Shown here piece by piece: positions 10,212 through 19,718 of a stretch of DNA of 64,000 nt (positions are counted from its first letter, which is position 1; each line of letters opens with the position of its first letter). The notes under the pieces were generated by a model. It ran no database searches, had not been told where the DNA came from, and saw nothing but the letters and a program-made list of their open reading frames with translations. A program made the position numbers and the translations under genes. Origin of the DNA: an uncultured Acidobacteriota bacterium (GTDB lineage: Bacteria; Acidobacteriota; Thermoanaerobaculia; Multivoradales; UBA5704); NCBI GenBank assembly GCA_963770895.1, contig CAVYRF010000002.1, positions 1,024,001 through 1,088,000 on the forward strand, given 5' to 3'.

Positions 10212-11534
10212 CTACATGCCGCCGCCCAGGGCTTTGCGCAGCCACTTGCCCTGGACGCCTTTGAACATCTTCTGCATGCCGCGGTACTGCTTGAGCAGGC
10301 GGTTGATGTCCTGCACCGAGGTGCCGGAGCCGATGGCGACGCGGCGCTTGCGGCTGCCGTTGAGCACGTCGGGGCGCCGGCGCTCGTGCGGGGTCATGGA
10401 GTTGATGATGGCTTCGACGCGCTTCAGGCCGCCCTCGTCGACGTTGGCGCCTTCGAGGCCGCGCAGCGGCCCCACCTTGGGAAGCAGCTCCAGGACCTGC
10501 GACAGGGGACCCATGCGGCGCAGCTGCCGCAGCTGGTCGCGCAGGTCCTCCAGGGTGAACTGCTGGTGAGCCAGGCGATGCGCCAGGCGCTCGGCTTCGT
10601 CGCGGTCCAGGCCGCGCTCGGCCTTCTCGATCAGCGACAGGACGTCGCCCATGCCGATCATGCGCGAGGCCATGCGCTCGGGGTGGAACAGCTCCAGGTC
10701 GTCGGCCTTCTCGCCGACGCCGACGAAGCGGATCGGCACCTGGGCCACGGTGCGGATGGACAGCGCGGCACCGCCGCGGGAGTCGCCGTCCAGCTTGGTC
10801 AGGATGACGCCTGTCAGGCGCAGTGCCTGGGCGAACTGCTCGGCGCTGCGCACCGCGTCCTGGCCGGTCATCGAGTCGGCGACGAACAGCGTCTCATCCG
10901 GCGACAGCTCCTTGGCGAGCGCCGCCAGCTCCTGCATCAAGGCCTCGTCCACGTGCAGGCGGCCGGCGGTGTCCACGATCACCACGTCGTGGCCGCGCTG
11001 GCGGGCCACCGCGACACCGCGGGCGGCCAGGGCCAACACCGTTTCGCCTGGCTCGGGGGCGACCACCGGCACCTCGACGCCCTTGCCCACCTGTTGCAGC
11101 TGCTCGACCGCGGCAGCGCGCTGCAGGTCGCCGGCGACCAGCAGCGGGTGGCGGCCGCGCGCCTTCAGCCGCTTGGCCAGCTTGCCCACGGTGGTGGTCT
11201 TGCCGGACCCCTGCAGGCCGCACAGCAGCACCACCGCCGGGCGGCCTTCCAGACGCAGGTCGGCGCCCTCTTCGCCCAGCAGCGCGGTCAGCTCGTCGCG
11301 CACCACCTTGATGACCTGCTGCGCCGGCGTCAGGCTCTCCATCACCTCGGCGCCCAGCGCGCGCTCCCGCACCCGCTCGATGAACGGCTTGACCACCCGC
11401 ACCTGGACGTCGGCTTCCAGCAGCACCAAGCGGATCTGGCGCATCGCCGCCTGCAACGCCTCGGGGGTGATCTTGCCCTCGCCCCGCAGCTGGGAGAACA
11501 CCTCTTGCAGCTTGGATTGCAACCCGTCGAACAT
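10212..11534 (-). CDS. ffh: Signal recognition particle protein
   Basis: LLEADV, GLQGSGKTT, DTAGRL, TKLDGDSRGG, M-domain IINSMTPHER. Confidence 0.97.
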   Translation of the reverse strand: MFDGLQSKLQEVFSQLRGEGKITPEALQAAMRQIRLVLLEADVQVRVVKPFIERVRERALGAEVMESLTPAQQVIKVVRDELTALLGEEGADLRLEGRPAVVLLCGLQGSGKTTTVGKLAKRLKARGRHPLLVAGDLQRAAAVEQLQQVGKGVEVPVVAPEPGETVLALAARGVAVARQRGHDVVIVDTAGRLHVDEALMQELAALAKELSPDETLFVADSMTGQDAVRSAEQFAQALRLTGVILTKLDGDSRGGAALSIRTVAQVPIRFVGVGEKADDLELFHPERMASRMIGMGDVLSLIEKAERGLDRDEAERLAHRLAHQQFTLEDLRDQLRQLRRMGPLSQVLELLPKVGPLRGLEGANVDEGGLKRVEAIINSMTPHERRRPDVLNGSRKRRVAIGSGTSVQDINRLLKQYRGMQKMFKGVQGKWLRKALGGGM

Positions 11535-11700
11535 CGCGTCACCTCATCCAGCGTCGAACCCGCTGCGCCGGCAGCGGCCGGACGGACCGGGCCGGCATCG
11601 TACCATCCCGGCCCGGCGGCGCGGCCTCACCCAAACCCCGCCCATGCCGCCCATGCCGCCCATGCCGAAGGCGCCGCGGGCGGCGGGATAGACTCCGCGG

Positions 11701-13221
11701 GTGAGCCGTCGTCGCCTTGCGGTCTGGGCCGCTGCCGCCGTCATCGCCGCCGTGCTGGCCGGCGTCGACGCCTTCTGGTTCGAAACGCGGGTGCTGTTGC
11801 TGCAGGACAGCATCCACATGCCGCTGCTCGCCGGCGCGGCGCGCCTGCGCCTGGCGCACCTGAGCGACCTGCACGTCACCGGCGACGCGCCGCTGCTGCA
11901 CGACCTGCTGCAACGGGTCGCGGCGGCGCATCCCGACGTGGTGGTCGTCACCGGCGACTTCATCCGCGACGTGCCCGAGCCGCGGGAGCTGACCCGCCAC
12001 GTCGACGCCGCGGCGGCCTTCGTGTCGCAGCTGCGCCGGCTGGTGCCGCAGGCGCCGGTGCTGGCGGTGCAGGGCCACAGCGAGTACGCGGGCGAAGTGA
12101 TCGTCGCCCTGCGGCGCGCCGGCGTGACCTGGCTTTCGGACGAGGGCCGGCGCATCGGGCCGGACGGCGACCTGCTGGTCCTCGGCGTCAACCAGCAGGT
12201 GGGGATCGACCGCCTGGCGGCCGCCGGCCGCTCGCCGTTCCGCATCGCGCGGGTGAACGGCCAGTGGGTGCACAGCGCCCGGCTCGGGCCGCCGTTGCGC
12301 AACTTCTACAGCCACTACGACCCGGCGCCGCCCAGCCTGGCCGATACCGGGGGACCGCTCGCCTGGAGCGGCTACGACACCCTGGCCGACGTGCGCATCG
12401 ACCGCGAATCCACCGGCGCCGGCATCGAAGCCCACAGCCGCTACGTGGTGGGCGAGGACCGCATGATCCGCCTGCGCCGCATGAGCCGCGAAGACAACGA
12501 TACCGGCACCTTCTGCCTGATCGCCCACGGCACCGTGTTCACCGGCGGCGCCGCCGACCACCTGGACACCGGCGTCGAGCCGCAGCCCGGCCGCTGGTAC
12601 CGGCTGCGCCTGCGCACCCGCGTGGAGCCCGCAGCGGTACGGGTCTGGGCACGCGCCTGGCCGGCCGATCAGCCGGAGCCGGCGGCCTGGCAGGCCTGGG
12701 CGGAGGATCGTTCGCCCGAGCGCGTCGAGTCGGGCACCGTGGGCGTATGGGCCTGGGGCGGCGGCACCGTCCTCTACCGCAACGTACAGGCGATCGACGC
12801 CGCCGGCCGGACTCTCTTTTGCGACCCGGCCGGCGGGCCGCGGCGGCCGCGCGACTGGCGTGACGAGGCGCGCGGCACCCGACTGGAGCTGGCGCTGGCG
12901 CGCAGCCCCACAACGCCGCCCGGCACGCCGCGCCTGGTGCTGTCCCACACCCCCGACGTCGTGCTGGAAGCGTCGCAGCGCGGCATCGAGGCGGTGCTCG
13001 CCGGCCACACCCACGGCGGCCAGGTGCGCCTGCCCTTCGTCGGCGCGATCACCACCCGCTCGTCGCTCGGCCCCTTCTACTCCGCCGGCCTGTTCGACTT
13101 TGCCGCCCCCAACCAGCGCGGGCTCACCACCCTGTTCATCAACTCGGGCGTCGGCACCTCGCTGCTCCCTGTCCGCTTCCTCTGCCCGCCGCGCTTCGCC
13201 ATCGTCGACCTGGGCCGCTGA
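11701..13221 (+). CDS. Membrane-anchored metallophosphoesterase with an inserted beta-rich domain
   Basis: N-terminal TM; HLSDLH, VTGDF, SHTPD, LAGHTHGGQ and C-terminal GVGTS motifs; about 200 extra residues between the motifs. Confidence 0.75.
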   Translation: MSRRRLAVWAAAAVIAAVLAGVDAFWFETRVLLLQDSIHMPLLAGAARLRLAHLSDLHVTGDAPLLHDLLQRVAAAHPDVVVVTGDFIRDVPEPRELTRHVDAAAAFVSQLRRLVPQAPVLAVQGHSEYAGEVIVALRRAGVTWLSDEGRRIGPDGDLLVLGVNQQVGIDRLAAAGRSPFRIARVNGQWVHSARLGPPLRNFYSHYDPAPPSLADTGGPLAWSGYDTLADVRIDRESTGAGIEAHSRYVVGEDRMIRLRRMSREDNDTGTFCLIAHGTVFTGGAADHLDTGVEPQPGRWYRLRLRTRVEPAAVRVWARAWPADQPEPAAWQAWAEDRSPERVESGTVGVWAWGGGTVLYRNVQAIDAAGRTLFCDPAGGPRRPRDWRDEARGTRLELALARSPTTPPGTPRLVLSHTPDVVLEASQRGIEAVLAGHTHGGQVRLPFVGAITTRSSLGPFYSAGLFDFAAPNQRGLTTLFINSGVGTSLLPVRFLCPPRFAIVDLGR

Positions 13222-13292
13222 CCGCCGCGCGACCGGCCACGGGGGCCACTGCTGCACAGGCGTTCGGCCAGCGGCGGCGGGCGCCGCGGGGG

Positions 13293-15878
13293 TCAGCCGG
13301 CGCCCGGCCCGGCGTCCGGCGCCGCGGCGCCGCGGTCGCTCCGGCCGGCGCTCCAGCTGAGAAAAGCGGGCACCAGGGTGACGGCGACGAGCGAGGTGAA
13401 CAGGGCGCCCAGCACCGCCACCTTGCCGGTCGATTGCAGGCCGGGGTAGTGGGAAAAGATGATCGAGCCGAAGCCGACGATGGTGCACAGGGCGGCCGCG
13501 GCAACCGCCTTGCCGGTCTCGCGCAGGCTCTGGTCGTGGACCGGCCGCGGCGCCCCGCGCAGCTCGCGGTGGCGATGCACGACGTAGATGCCGTAGTCGG
13601 TGCCGATGCCGATGATCATGGTGGTGACGAAGATGTTGATGAAGTTGAGCTTCAGCCCCAGCACCACCATGCCCGCGACCATCCAGACCATGCCCACCAG
13701 CAGCGGCGCCAGCGCCAGCAGCGTCGAGCCCAGGCTGCGAAAGGCGATGGCCAGGACGATCGCCACCAGCACCAGGCCGATGACGCCCGCGATCCAGGCG
13801 TCGTGCACCACGATCTCGCGGATCTTCTGGTTGACGACGTTGATGCCCGCCAGCTCCGCCTGGGGACCCAGCCCGGCGGCGAGCTGCGCCACGCCCGGCG
13901 GCACTTCCCGCCGCCAGCGAGGATCGGGCGGCGGGTAGAGGTACACGGCGGCGCGGTACCCCCAAGGCTTCTTCTTGAGATACCGATCGAGCAGCAGCTG
14001 CGTCTGCGGCAGGCGCGCAAAATCCGCCACCCCCAGGGGGTGGACCAGCGACAGCGCCTGCTGCAGAAGGTCGAGCCCCGGCGCGAAGGGCTCGGGACGC
14101 AGACCCTCGCGCCGCATCGCCGCATCGAACTGCCGCCGCACGCGATCCATGTCCAGGGCCTGCGGGCGCTGCCGCGCCAGCCACGCCAGCACCTGCTCCT
14201 GGCGGCTGCGCGGCGGGATCAGCGCCGAAGGAGCGCTCACCCCCAGGAGCACGCCGCGCGCCACCAGGTCGTGCGCCGCGGTTTCGGCGCGCTCCGACAG
14301 CTCCAGGGTCTCGTCGACGGTGCGTCCGGACAGCGACAGCAGCATCGAGTCGAAACCCGAGCCGAAGTGCTTGCCCACCTCGGCGCTCACCCGGCTGCCG
14401 CTGTTGATGGTCGGGCGCATGCTGGCCATGCTTTCGTCGAACGTCACCCGGCTGGCCACCCCGACCGCCGCCAGGGTCGCCAACGCCCCCAACGCCATCG
14501 CCGCGCGCGGCCGCCGCATGCACAGGGCGGTCAGCCGCCGCGTGCCCATGCCCTGCAGGAAAAGCCTGGGCGCGGTGCGCCGGCGCTCGGCGTGGTCGTG
14601 GCCCCACGCCAGCATCGCCGGCAGCAGCAGCAGCACCGCGACCATGCAGAACAGGATGCCGGTGCCGGTCAGCAGGCCCATCTGGCGCAGGCCGGTGAAT
14701 TCGGTGAAGGTGAAGGCGTAGAAGGTGGCGGCGGTGGTCGTGGCCCCGGCGATCACCGCGCCGCCGGTCGCGCCGCACATGGTGGCCAGCGCCTCCTCCA
14801 CGTCCTGGCCGCGCTGGCGTTCCTCGACGAAGCGCCCGTAGGACACGATGACGAAGTCGATCCCCAGGCCGATGAGCAGCGCCGCGCAGATGCTGGTCGC
14901 CGACGACAGCGACCCGAACGCCACCGCGGCGAAGCCGAAGGTGAGGGCCAGGCCGGTCAGCAGCGGCACGAAGGCGTAGATCAGCGCGCCGGCGCGCCGG
15001 AAGGCGAACAGGAACAGCGCCAGCACCGCCAGCGCCGACGTCGCCATGTTGACGAACATGTCGTGCCGGATGAGCGACGCATCCGAAAGGGTCGTCAGGT
15101 ACGGGCCGCCGATCTCGACCACCGGCCGCGCCGGGCCGTCCGGCCCGGCAAACGTCTCCCAGCGCGAGAGCGAATCGTCGACGATGCGCTGGGCGCCCGC
15201 GGTCAGGCGCTCGTCGAACGGGATGCTCTGCGGCGAGCGGCGCGGCTCCGCCAGCAGCAGCAGCAGGCGGTGGTCGCGCGACAGGTAGTAGCCGCTCGCC
15301 CAATCCACCTGCAGCGTGCCGCGGGAACCGTTGATGTGCTCCAGGAAGATGTCGGACAGGCCCAGCGGATCCAGCTTGACCAGCTCCTTGATCGACAGCG
15401 CCTGCGGCGTGGTCAGCTGGCGGCGCAGCTCGCCGGCGCGGCGGCTGATCCCCGCCTCGCTCAGCCGCGCCTCCAGCTGGCGCTCGCCGGCGGCATCCAG
15501 GAACAGCACCGACTTGGGGAAGAAGGCGGCCAGCAGCTCCTCGGGGTTGCCCAGCCTGGACTGCACCGACTTGATCTCGGGGAGCTTGGCGAGGTGCGCC
15601 GCCAGGTCGTCCGCCAGCGACTCGTAGGGTTCCGGCACCGCGCCAGGGGGCAGCCGCACTACCACCATCAGGTAGGTGTTGCTGCCGAAGTCCTGCAGCA
15701 TGTCGATGTACGAGTGGATCGCCGGGTCGCGGCGCGGCAGCAGGTTGAGCACGTCGGTGTCGAACGACAGCCGCGAAATCGCCACGCCCGAGGCCGCGAC
15801 CAACACTGCGAACACCGCGAAGATGGCGCGGTACCGCCGGCGCGCCAACCGCGCCAGCCCGGCGAGGAACCGGTTCAC
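13293..15878 (-). CDS. MMPL/RND-family transporter
   Basis: Two repeated TM blocks with LIGLGIDF and IIGIGTDYG motifs, each with a large periplasmic loop. Confidence 0.87.
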   Translation of the reverse strand: MNRFLAGLARLARRRYRAIFAVFAVLVAASGVAISRLSFDTDVLNLLPRRDPAIHSYIDMLQDFGSNTYLMVVVRLPPGAVPEPYESLADDLAAHLAKLPEIKSVQSRLGNPEELLAAFFPKSVLFLDAAGERQLEARLSEAGISRRAGELRRQLTTPQALSIKELVKLDPLGLSDIFLEHINGSRGTLQVDWASGYYLSRDHRLLLLLAEPRRSPQSIPFDERLTAGAQRIVDDSLSRWETFAGPDGPARPVVEIGGPYLTTLSDASLIRHDMFVNMATSALAVLALFLFAFRRAGALIYAFVPLLTGLALTFGFAAVAFGSLSSATSICAALLIGLGIDFVIVSYGRFVEERQRGQDVEEALATMCGATGGAVIAGATTTAATFYAFTFTEFTGLRQMGLLTGTGILFCMVAVLLLLPAMLAWGHDHAERRRTAPRLFLQGMGTRRLTALCMRRPRAAMALGALATLAAVGVASRVTFDESMASMRPTINSGSRVSAEVGKHFGSGFDSMLLSLSGRTVDETLELSERAETAAHDLVARGVLLGVSAPSALIPPRSRQEQVLAWLARQRPQALDMDRVRRQFDAAMRREGLRPEPFAPGLDLLQQALSLVHPLGVADFARLPQTQLLLDRYLKKKPWGYRAAVYLYPPPDPRWRREVPPGVAQLAAGLGPQAELAGINVVNQKIREIVVHDAWIAGVIGLVLVAIVLAIAFRSLGSTLLALAPLLVGMVWMVAGMVVLGLKLNFINIFVTTMIIGIGTDYGIYVVHRHRELRGAPRPVHDQSLRETGKAVAAAALCTIVGFGSIIFSHYPGLQSTGKVAVLGALFTSLVAVTLVPAFLSWSAGRSDRGAAAPDAGPGAG

Positions 15879-16471
15879 TGCGCCGCGCCCCGCGTCGAGG
15901 GCGGCTCACCGCCGGCCATCGGCGCCGGGCTGGACGCGGCAACCAGGTAGCGGCGGAAGCGCACAAAGTACTCCACGCCGGAGTAGACCGAGATCGCGAC
16001 CGCCGCCCACAGCGAGACCAGCGACACGTGTCGCAGTTCGCCCGGCAGCTGGTTGTGGATGATCAAGGTCGAGACGGCAACGATCTGCACCACGGTCTTG
16101 ACCTTGCCCAGGAAACCGGCCGGGATCACCATGTTTTCAGCCGCGGCAAAGCTGCGCAGGGCGCTGACCGCAAACTCACGCGCCACGATCACCACCACCA
16201 TCCAGGCCGCCGCCAGCCCCATCTCGACCAGCGAGATGAACGCCGCCGAGATCAGGATCTTGTCGGCGGCCGGATCGAGCAAGGTGCCCAGACGCGTCAC
16301 CTGGCTCCGTCGCCGCGCCAGGTAGCCGTCAAAGAAATCCATCAGCGCCGCGAGCAGGAACAGGCCCAGCCCCCACCACTCCTTGTCCTCGAACTGGGTC
16401 AGCAGCACCACCACCAACGGCGGCACCAGCAGGATCCGGCAGATCGAAAGCAGGTTGGGGAGATTGAGCAT
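15875..16471 (-). CDS. pgsA: CDP-diacylglycerol--glycerol-3-phosphate 3-phosphatidyltransferase
   Basis: MLNLPNLLSICRI; DFFDGYLARR...GTLLDPAADK CDP-alcohol phosphotransferase motif. Confidence 0.92.
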   Translation of the reverse strand: MLNLPNLLSICRILLVPPLVVVLLTQFEDKEWWGLGLFLLAALMDFFDGYLARRRSQVTRLGTLLDPAADKILISAAFISLVEMGLAAAWMVVVIVAREFAVSALRSFAAAENMVIPAGFLGKVKTVVQIVAVSTLIIHNQLPGELRHVSLVSLWAAVAISVYSGVEYFVRFRRYLVAASSPAPMAGGEPPSTRGAAQ

Positions 16472-16639
16472 CGGATGAGGGAAGGTCGCCCCCGGCATTC
16501 TATGCCACCTCCGCCAGGGCCAGCCGGCGCCGCGGCATCCCGGCGCACACACCGACCCCCAGGCGCCCATCGGCGGCAGCGCTGGCCGGCGCCGGCGCTG
16601 CTGCCGGGCGGCCAGGTGGCTGGAGAGCCAGGTGGCTAG

Positions 16640-17416
16640 CTAGTGGCTGCTGGGGGTGCTGGACAGCGCGGTCGTCACCACCAGGCGGCCGCTGCTGCCG
16701 CGGGTGACGTAGGGGGCCGGCCGCAGGCCGGCGCGGGGTGCCGACGTGGCGGCGGCCGCCGCCACCCGCGCCGGCAGCATCACCGCGGCGCCCTGGTACA
16801 GGGACATCACCCGCTGCACGTAGTCGATCGTGTCGGGGAAGGGCGGGACGCCGCCGTGCCGCTCGACCGCGCCCGGCCCGGCGTTGTAGGCCGCCAGGGC
16901 CATTTCGACGCTGCCGTGGAAGGCGTCGATCATCTGGCGCAGGTAGGTGATGCCGCCGCGCAGGTTCTCTTCGACGTCGAACGGATGCCGCACCGCCAGC
17001 TCGGCCGCGGTTTCGGGCATCAGCTGCATCAGCCCCATGGCGCCCTTGTTGGAGCGCGCCCGGTGGTTGTACCCCGATTCGACCTGGATCACCGCCCGCA
17101 CCAGCCGCGGGTCCAGCCCATGCTCACCGCTGTGACGCACGATCAGCGGTTCCAGCGCCCCCACCGGCAGCCCCGGCACGTCGGGCACCGGCAGCAGCTC
17201 GCCGGCAAAGCGGCGGGCATGCTGCACCGAGCTCTCGTTGAAGATCACCTTGCGCCCCGCGGCATCGACGCTCAACTGCACGGGATGCGCCTTGGGAGCG
17301 GTTTGAAAGGGGTGCACCTGCGAAAAACCGACCTGGATCTGGAACGCCCCCGCCGACGTCACCGACAGCCAGGCCAGCGCTCCTCCCAAGCAGACAACCG
17401 TCCTTGCAGCCTTCAC
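16640..17416 (-). CDS. Secreted lytic transglycosylase (SLT domain)
   Basis: GTG start after GGAGG; signal peptide; IQVESG, GAMGLMQLMP, ALAAYNAG. Confidence 0.9.
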   Translation of the reverse strand: MKAARTVVCLGGALAWLSVTSAGAFQIQVGFSQVHPFQTAPKAHPVQLSVDAAGRKVIFNESSVQHARRFAGELLPVPDVPGLPVGALEPLIVRHSGEHGLDPRLVRAVIQVESGYNHRARSNKGAMGLMQLMPETAAELAVRHPFDVEENLRGGITYLRQMIDAFHGSVEMALAAYNAGPGAVERHGGVPPFPDTIDYVQRVMSLYQGAAVMLPARVAAAAATSAPRAGLRPAPYVTRGSSGRLVVTTALSSTPSSH

Positions 17417-17446
17417 GTCATTCCTCCACCGACAATTGGGAGCGCG

Positions 17447-17475
17447 ATCATAGCCGCCGCAAACCCCAATGACAA
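17447..17475 (-). promoter_or_regulatory. Sigma70-type promoter of the SLT gene
   Basis: TTGTCA-N17-TATGAT on the minus strand, 30 nt upstream of the GTG. Confidence 0.6.
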
Positions 17476-17809
17476 GCGGGCAACGGGTAGTGGGGTGCGC
17501 CTCTTGCTGGCCCAGGGATAGGGGTATCCACCGCTGTGGTCGCCGACCCGCCACTGCCTGCCGAGGTAGCGGGCGCCGATCGAAGTCACGAAGTCACGCA
17601 TGCCGACGAGAAGACAGCGGTGCCTGCACAGGCAGAAGCACAAAAGTGCCCCGGTCTCCTCGCACTGGCAACACCCTCTTAGCATGAGCTGCCGTTTCGT
17701 CGGAACGGAACATCCACGACCAGGCCAACGGAACCCAGGTCTGTGGATACGGAACCCGTGGCACGCACCGCGGCGGTCGCGCGATCCAACGGGGTCCCTG
17801 GAGAAGGGT

Positions 17810-18094
17810 ATGCGTCTTCGAAGTGTCGCTCTCGTAGCTCTCGCCTTGTTCCTGCTTGGCCTCCCTGTTTCAGGTTCGGCTATGGACATCCTGCACGGCA
17901 TGCGTGCGGGAGTCGAGGTGGCGTCCTTGCCCAACTCGTGGTGGACCCGATTCGAGCGGGTTTTGCGAGGGATCCTGCCAACCGGGACGCCCGATCGCCA
18001 CGTTGACAGCCGCTCAGCCGGTGGCGGCACACACGGCGGAAGTGTCCACAGCCAGGGCAACATCGGCATGGACCCGAACGGTGGCGGCGGCTAG
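17810..18094 (+). CDS. Small secreted peptide precursor (94 aa) ending in GMDPNGGGG
   Basis: SD GGAGAAGGG; signal peptide MRLRSVALVALALFLLGLPVSGSA; Trp-containing amphipathic segment; C-terminal DPNG; followed by a terminator. Confidence 0.7.
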   Translation: MRLRSVALVALALFLLGLPVSGSAMDILHGMRAGVEVASLPNSWWTRFERVLRGILPTGTPDRHVDSRSAGGGTHGGSVHSQGNIGMDPNGGGG

Positions 18095-18125
18095 GGAAAA
18101 CCAGCTCGCAGTGTTCGTTTTTGGG

Positions 18126-18153
18126 GCGCCGGCACTTGCCGGCGCTTTGTTTT
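18126..18153 (+). terminator. Rho-independent terminator after DPNG peptide 1
   Basis: GCGCCGGC-ACTT-GCCGGCGC followed by TTTGTTTT. Confidence 0.75.
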
Positions 18154-18157
18154 GCAG

Positions 18158-18186
18158 TTGCACACAGGGTGCGCATTCGCTAGAGT
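18158..18186 (+). promoter_or_regulatory. Sigma70-type promoter of TPR protein 1
   Basis: TTGCAC-N17-TAGAGT, 40 nt upstream of ATG 18227. Confidence 0.5.
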
Positions 18187-18226
18187 TCACGACACTGAAA
18201 TACGTTACCGTGGGAGGGAATGCCGG

Positions 18227-19645
18227 ATGCCCAAAGAACGCGATGCGCAGCGGAAAGGCGCGTCCGGCGATGATCCCGCCGGCGTGCACTTCTCGGCAAA
18301 AGAGTTCGCGGACCTGGTTGCCAATCGGCTGCCGGGCCGGCGGCGGCATCAGCTTGTCCGCCACATGGTGCGCGGTTGCGTGGCGTGCTCGAAGATCTCG
18401 GCGCGCGTCCTGGCGTCCACCAGGAAGGAGGGGGTGCCGCAGCTCCCCCTGGGGATCAACCAGGCAGAGTTCGATCTCGTGTTCACCAATGCCACCAGCG
18501 CCACCGAGCTGCGGGACCGACAGCTTGCCTGGGAGCGCCTCCAGGCCTGGGTGCTCTGGTGCGAGCTGGAGCCCCTGCCGCCCGCAGAGAGGCAACACCG
18601 CGTACGCCACTACAAGGAGTTTCACACCTGGGGCATGTACGAGCGGTTGCTGGAGGCAAGCGTCTGGCACCGCCACAACGATCCGGCGGAAGCGGTCGAC
18701 ATCGTGAAGCTGGCGGTGCTCGTCGCTGAGAACATGCCCAGCTCTCACATCCCGGGGCGAGCCGGTGGCCGCACCCGGCTGCTGGCGCGCGCCTGGACCC
18801 ATCTCGCCAACGCGATGCGGGTGGCGGCGGATTTCGACGACGCGCGCAGAGCCCTCAACCAGGCGTGGGGATTTTGGGAGGACGCGCACGACCCCGAAAC
18901 GGAGGCCAGGATCTACAGTGTCGAAGCCAGCTATCACAGCGACCGCGGCGACTTCGCCATGGCCGAGATCGTCGGCCAGCAGGCGCTCGATATCTATACG
19001 GCGCTGGGCGCCGAGTATCGGCACGAGCAGGGGCAGACGCTGCTGACGATGGGGGTCAATCTCATCGACGCCAATCCCCGCAAGGGCATGTTGTTCTTGC
19101 GGCGCAGCCTGGGCCTGGTGGACCTGAACCGCGAGCCGCGGTTGCACCTCTACGGCAAGCACAGCATCGCGGCCTGTCTTGCAGCGCTGCGGCAGGGCGA
19201 AGCCGCGCTTGCAGCCTTGGAGGAAGTCCGGCCGCTCTACCGGCAGTACGATGACGACGCCTTCATTCAGCTGCGCTTGCACTGGCTTGAAGGCCGAGTC
19301 GTTCGATGCCTCGGCAAGCCCGTCGAGGCGGCGCAAGTCTTCGCGCAGGTGGCGGAGCAGTTCAGGGCGCTCGACATGCGTCATGAAACGGTGTTGGCGG
19401 CGCTCGACCAAGCGGAGGCGCTGGCCGCGCAAGGCGACTTCGACGCCGCGCAAAGGGCTCTCGAAGAGGTCACACCTCTGATGACCGCCTGGCGGCTGAA
19501 CACCTACCTGGTGGCGGCGTGGCTCCTCCTGATCAACGCCCTCAAAACCCACCAGACGGTCGATCTCTTTCCCCGCCTGCAGCTCTACTTCAGCCTCCGC
19601 TGGAAAGCGCCTGTGGAGTTCGTCGCAAATCCCGAGCCGTCGTGA
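18227..19645 (+). CDS. TPR-like helical repeat protein with N-terminal H-x4-C-x2-C motif
   Basis: SD GGGAGG; RHMVRGCVAC; repeats such as ARAWTHLANAMRVAADFDDARRALNQA and HWLEGRVVRCLGKPVEAAQVF; no signal peptide. Confidence 0.75.
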   Translation: MPKERDAQRKGASGDDPAGVHFSAKEFADLVANRLPGRRRHQLVRHMVRGCVACSKISARVLASTRKEGVPQLPLGINQAEFDLVFTNATSATELRDRQLAWERLQAWVLWCELEPLPPAERQHRVRHYKEFHTWGMYERLLEASVWHRHNDPAEAVDIVKLAVLVAENMPSSHIPGRAGGRTRLLARAWTHLANAMRVAADFDDARRALNQAWGFWEDAHDPETEARIYSVEASYHSDRGDFAMAEIVGQQALDIYTALGAEYRHEQGQTLLTMGVNLIDANPRKGMLFLRRSLGLVDLNREPRLHLYGKHSIAACLAALRQGEAALAALEEVRPLYRQYDDDAFIQLRLHWLEGRVVRCLGKPVEAAQVFAQVAEQFRALDMRHETVLAALDQAEALAAQGDFDAAQRALEEVTPLMTAWRLNTYLVAAWLLLINALKTHQTVDLFPRLQLYFSLRWKAPVEFVANPEPS

Positions 19646-19718
19646 GAAGAATCGACGGCATGGCGCCCAGCGGCGGCACGGGATGATCCAGCAAGGGATC
19701 TGAAGCTCCAAGCCCGTT

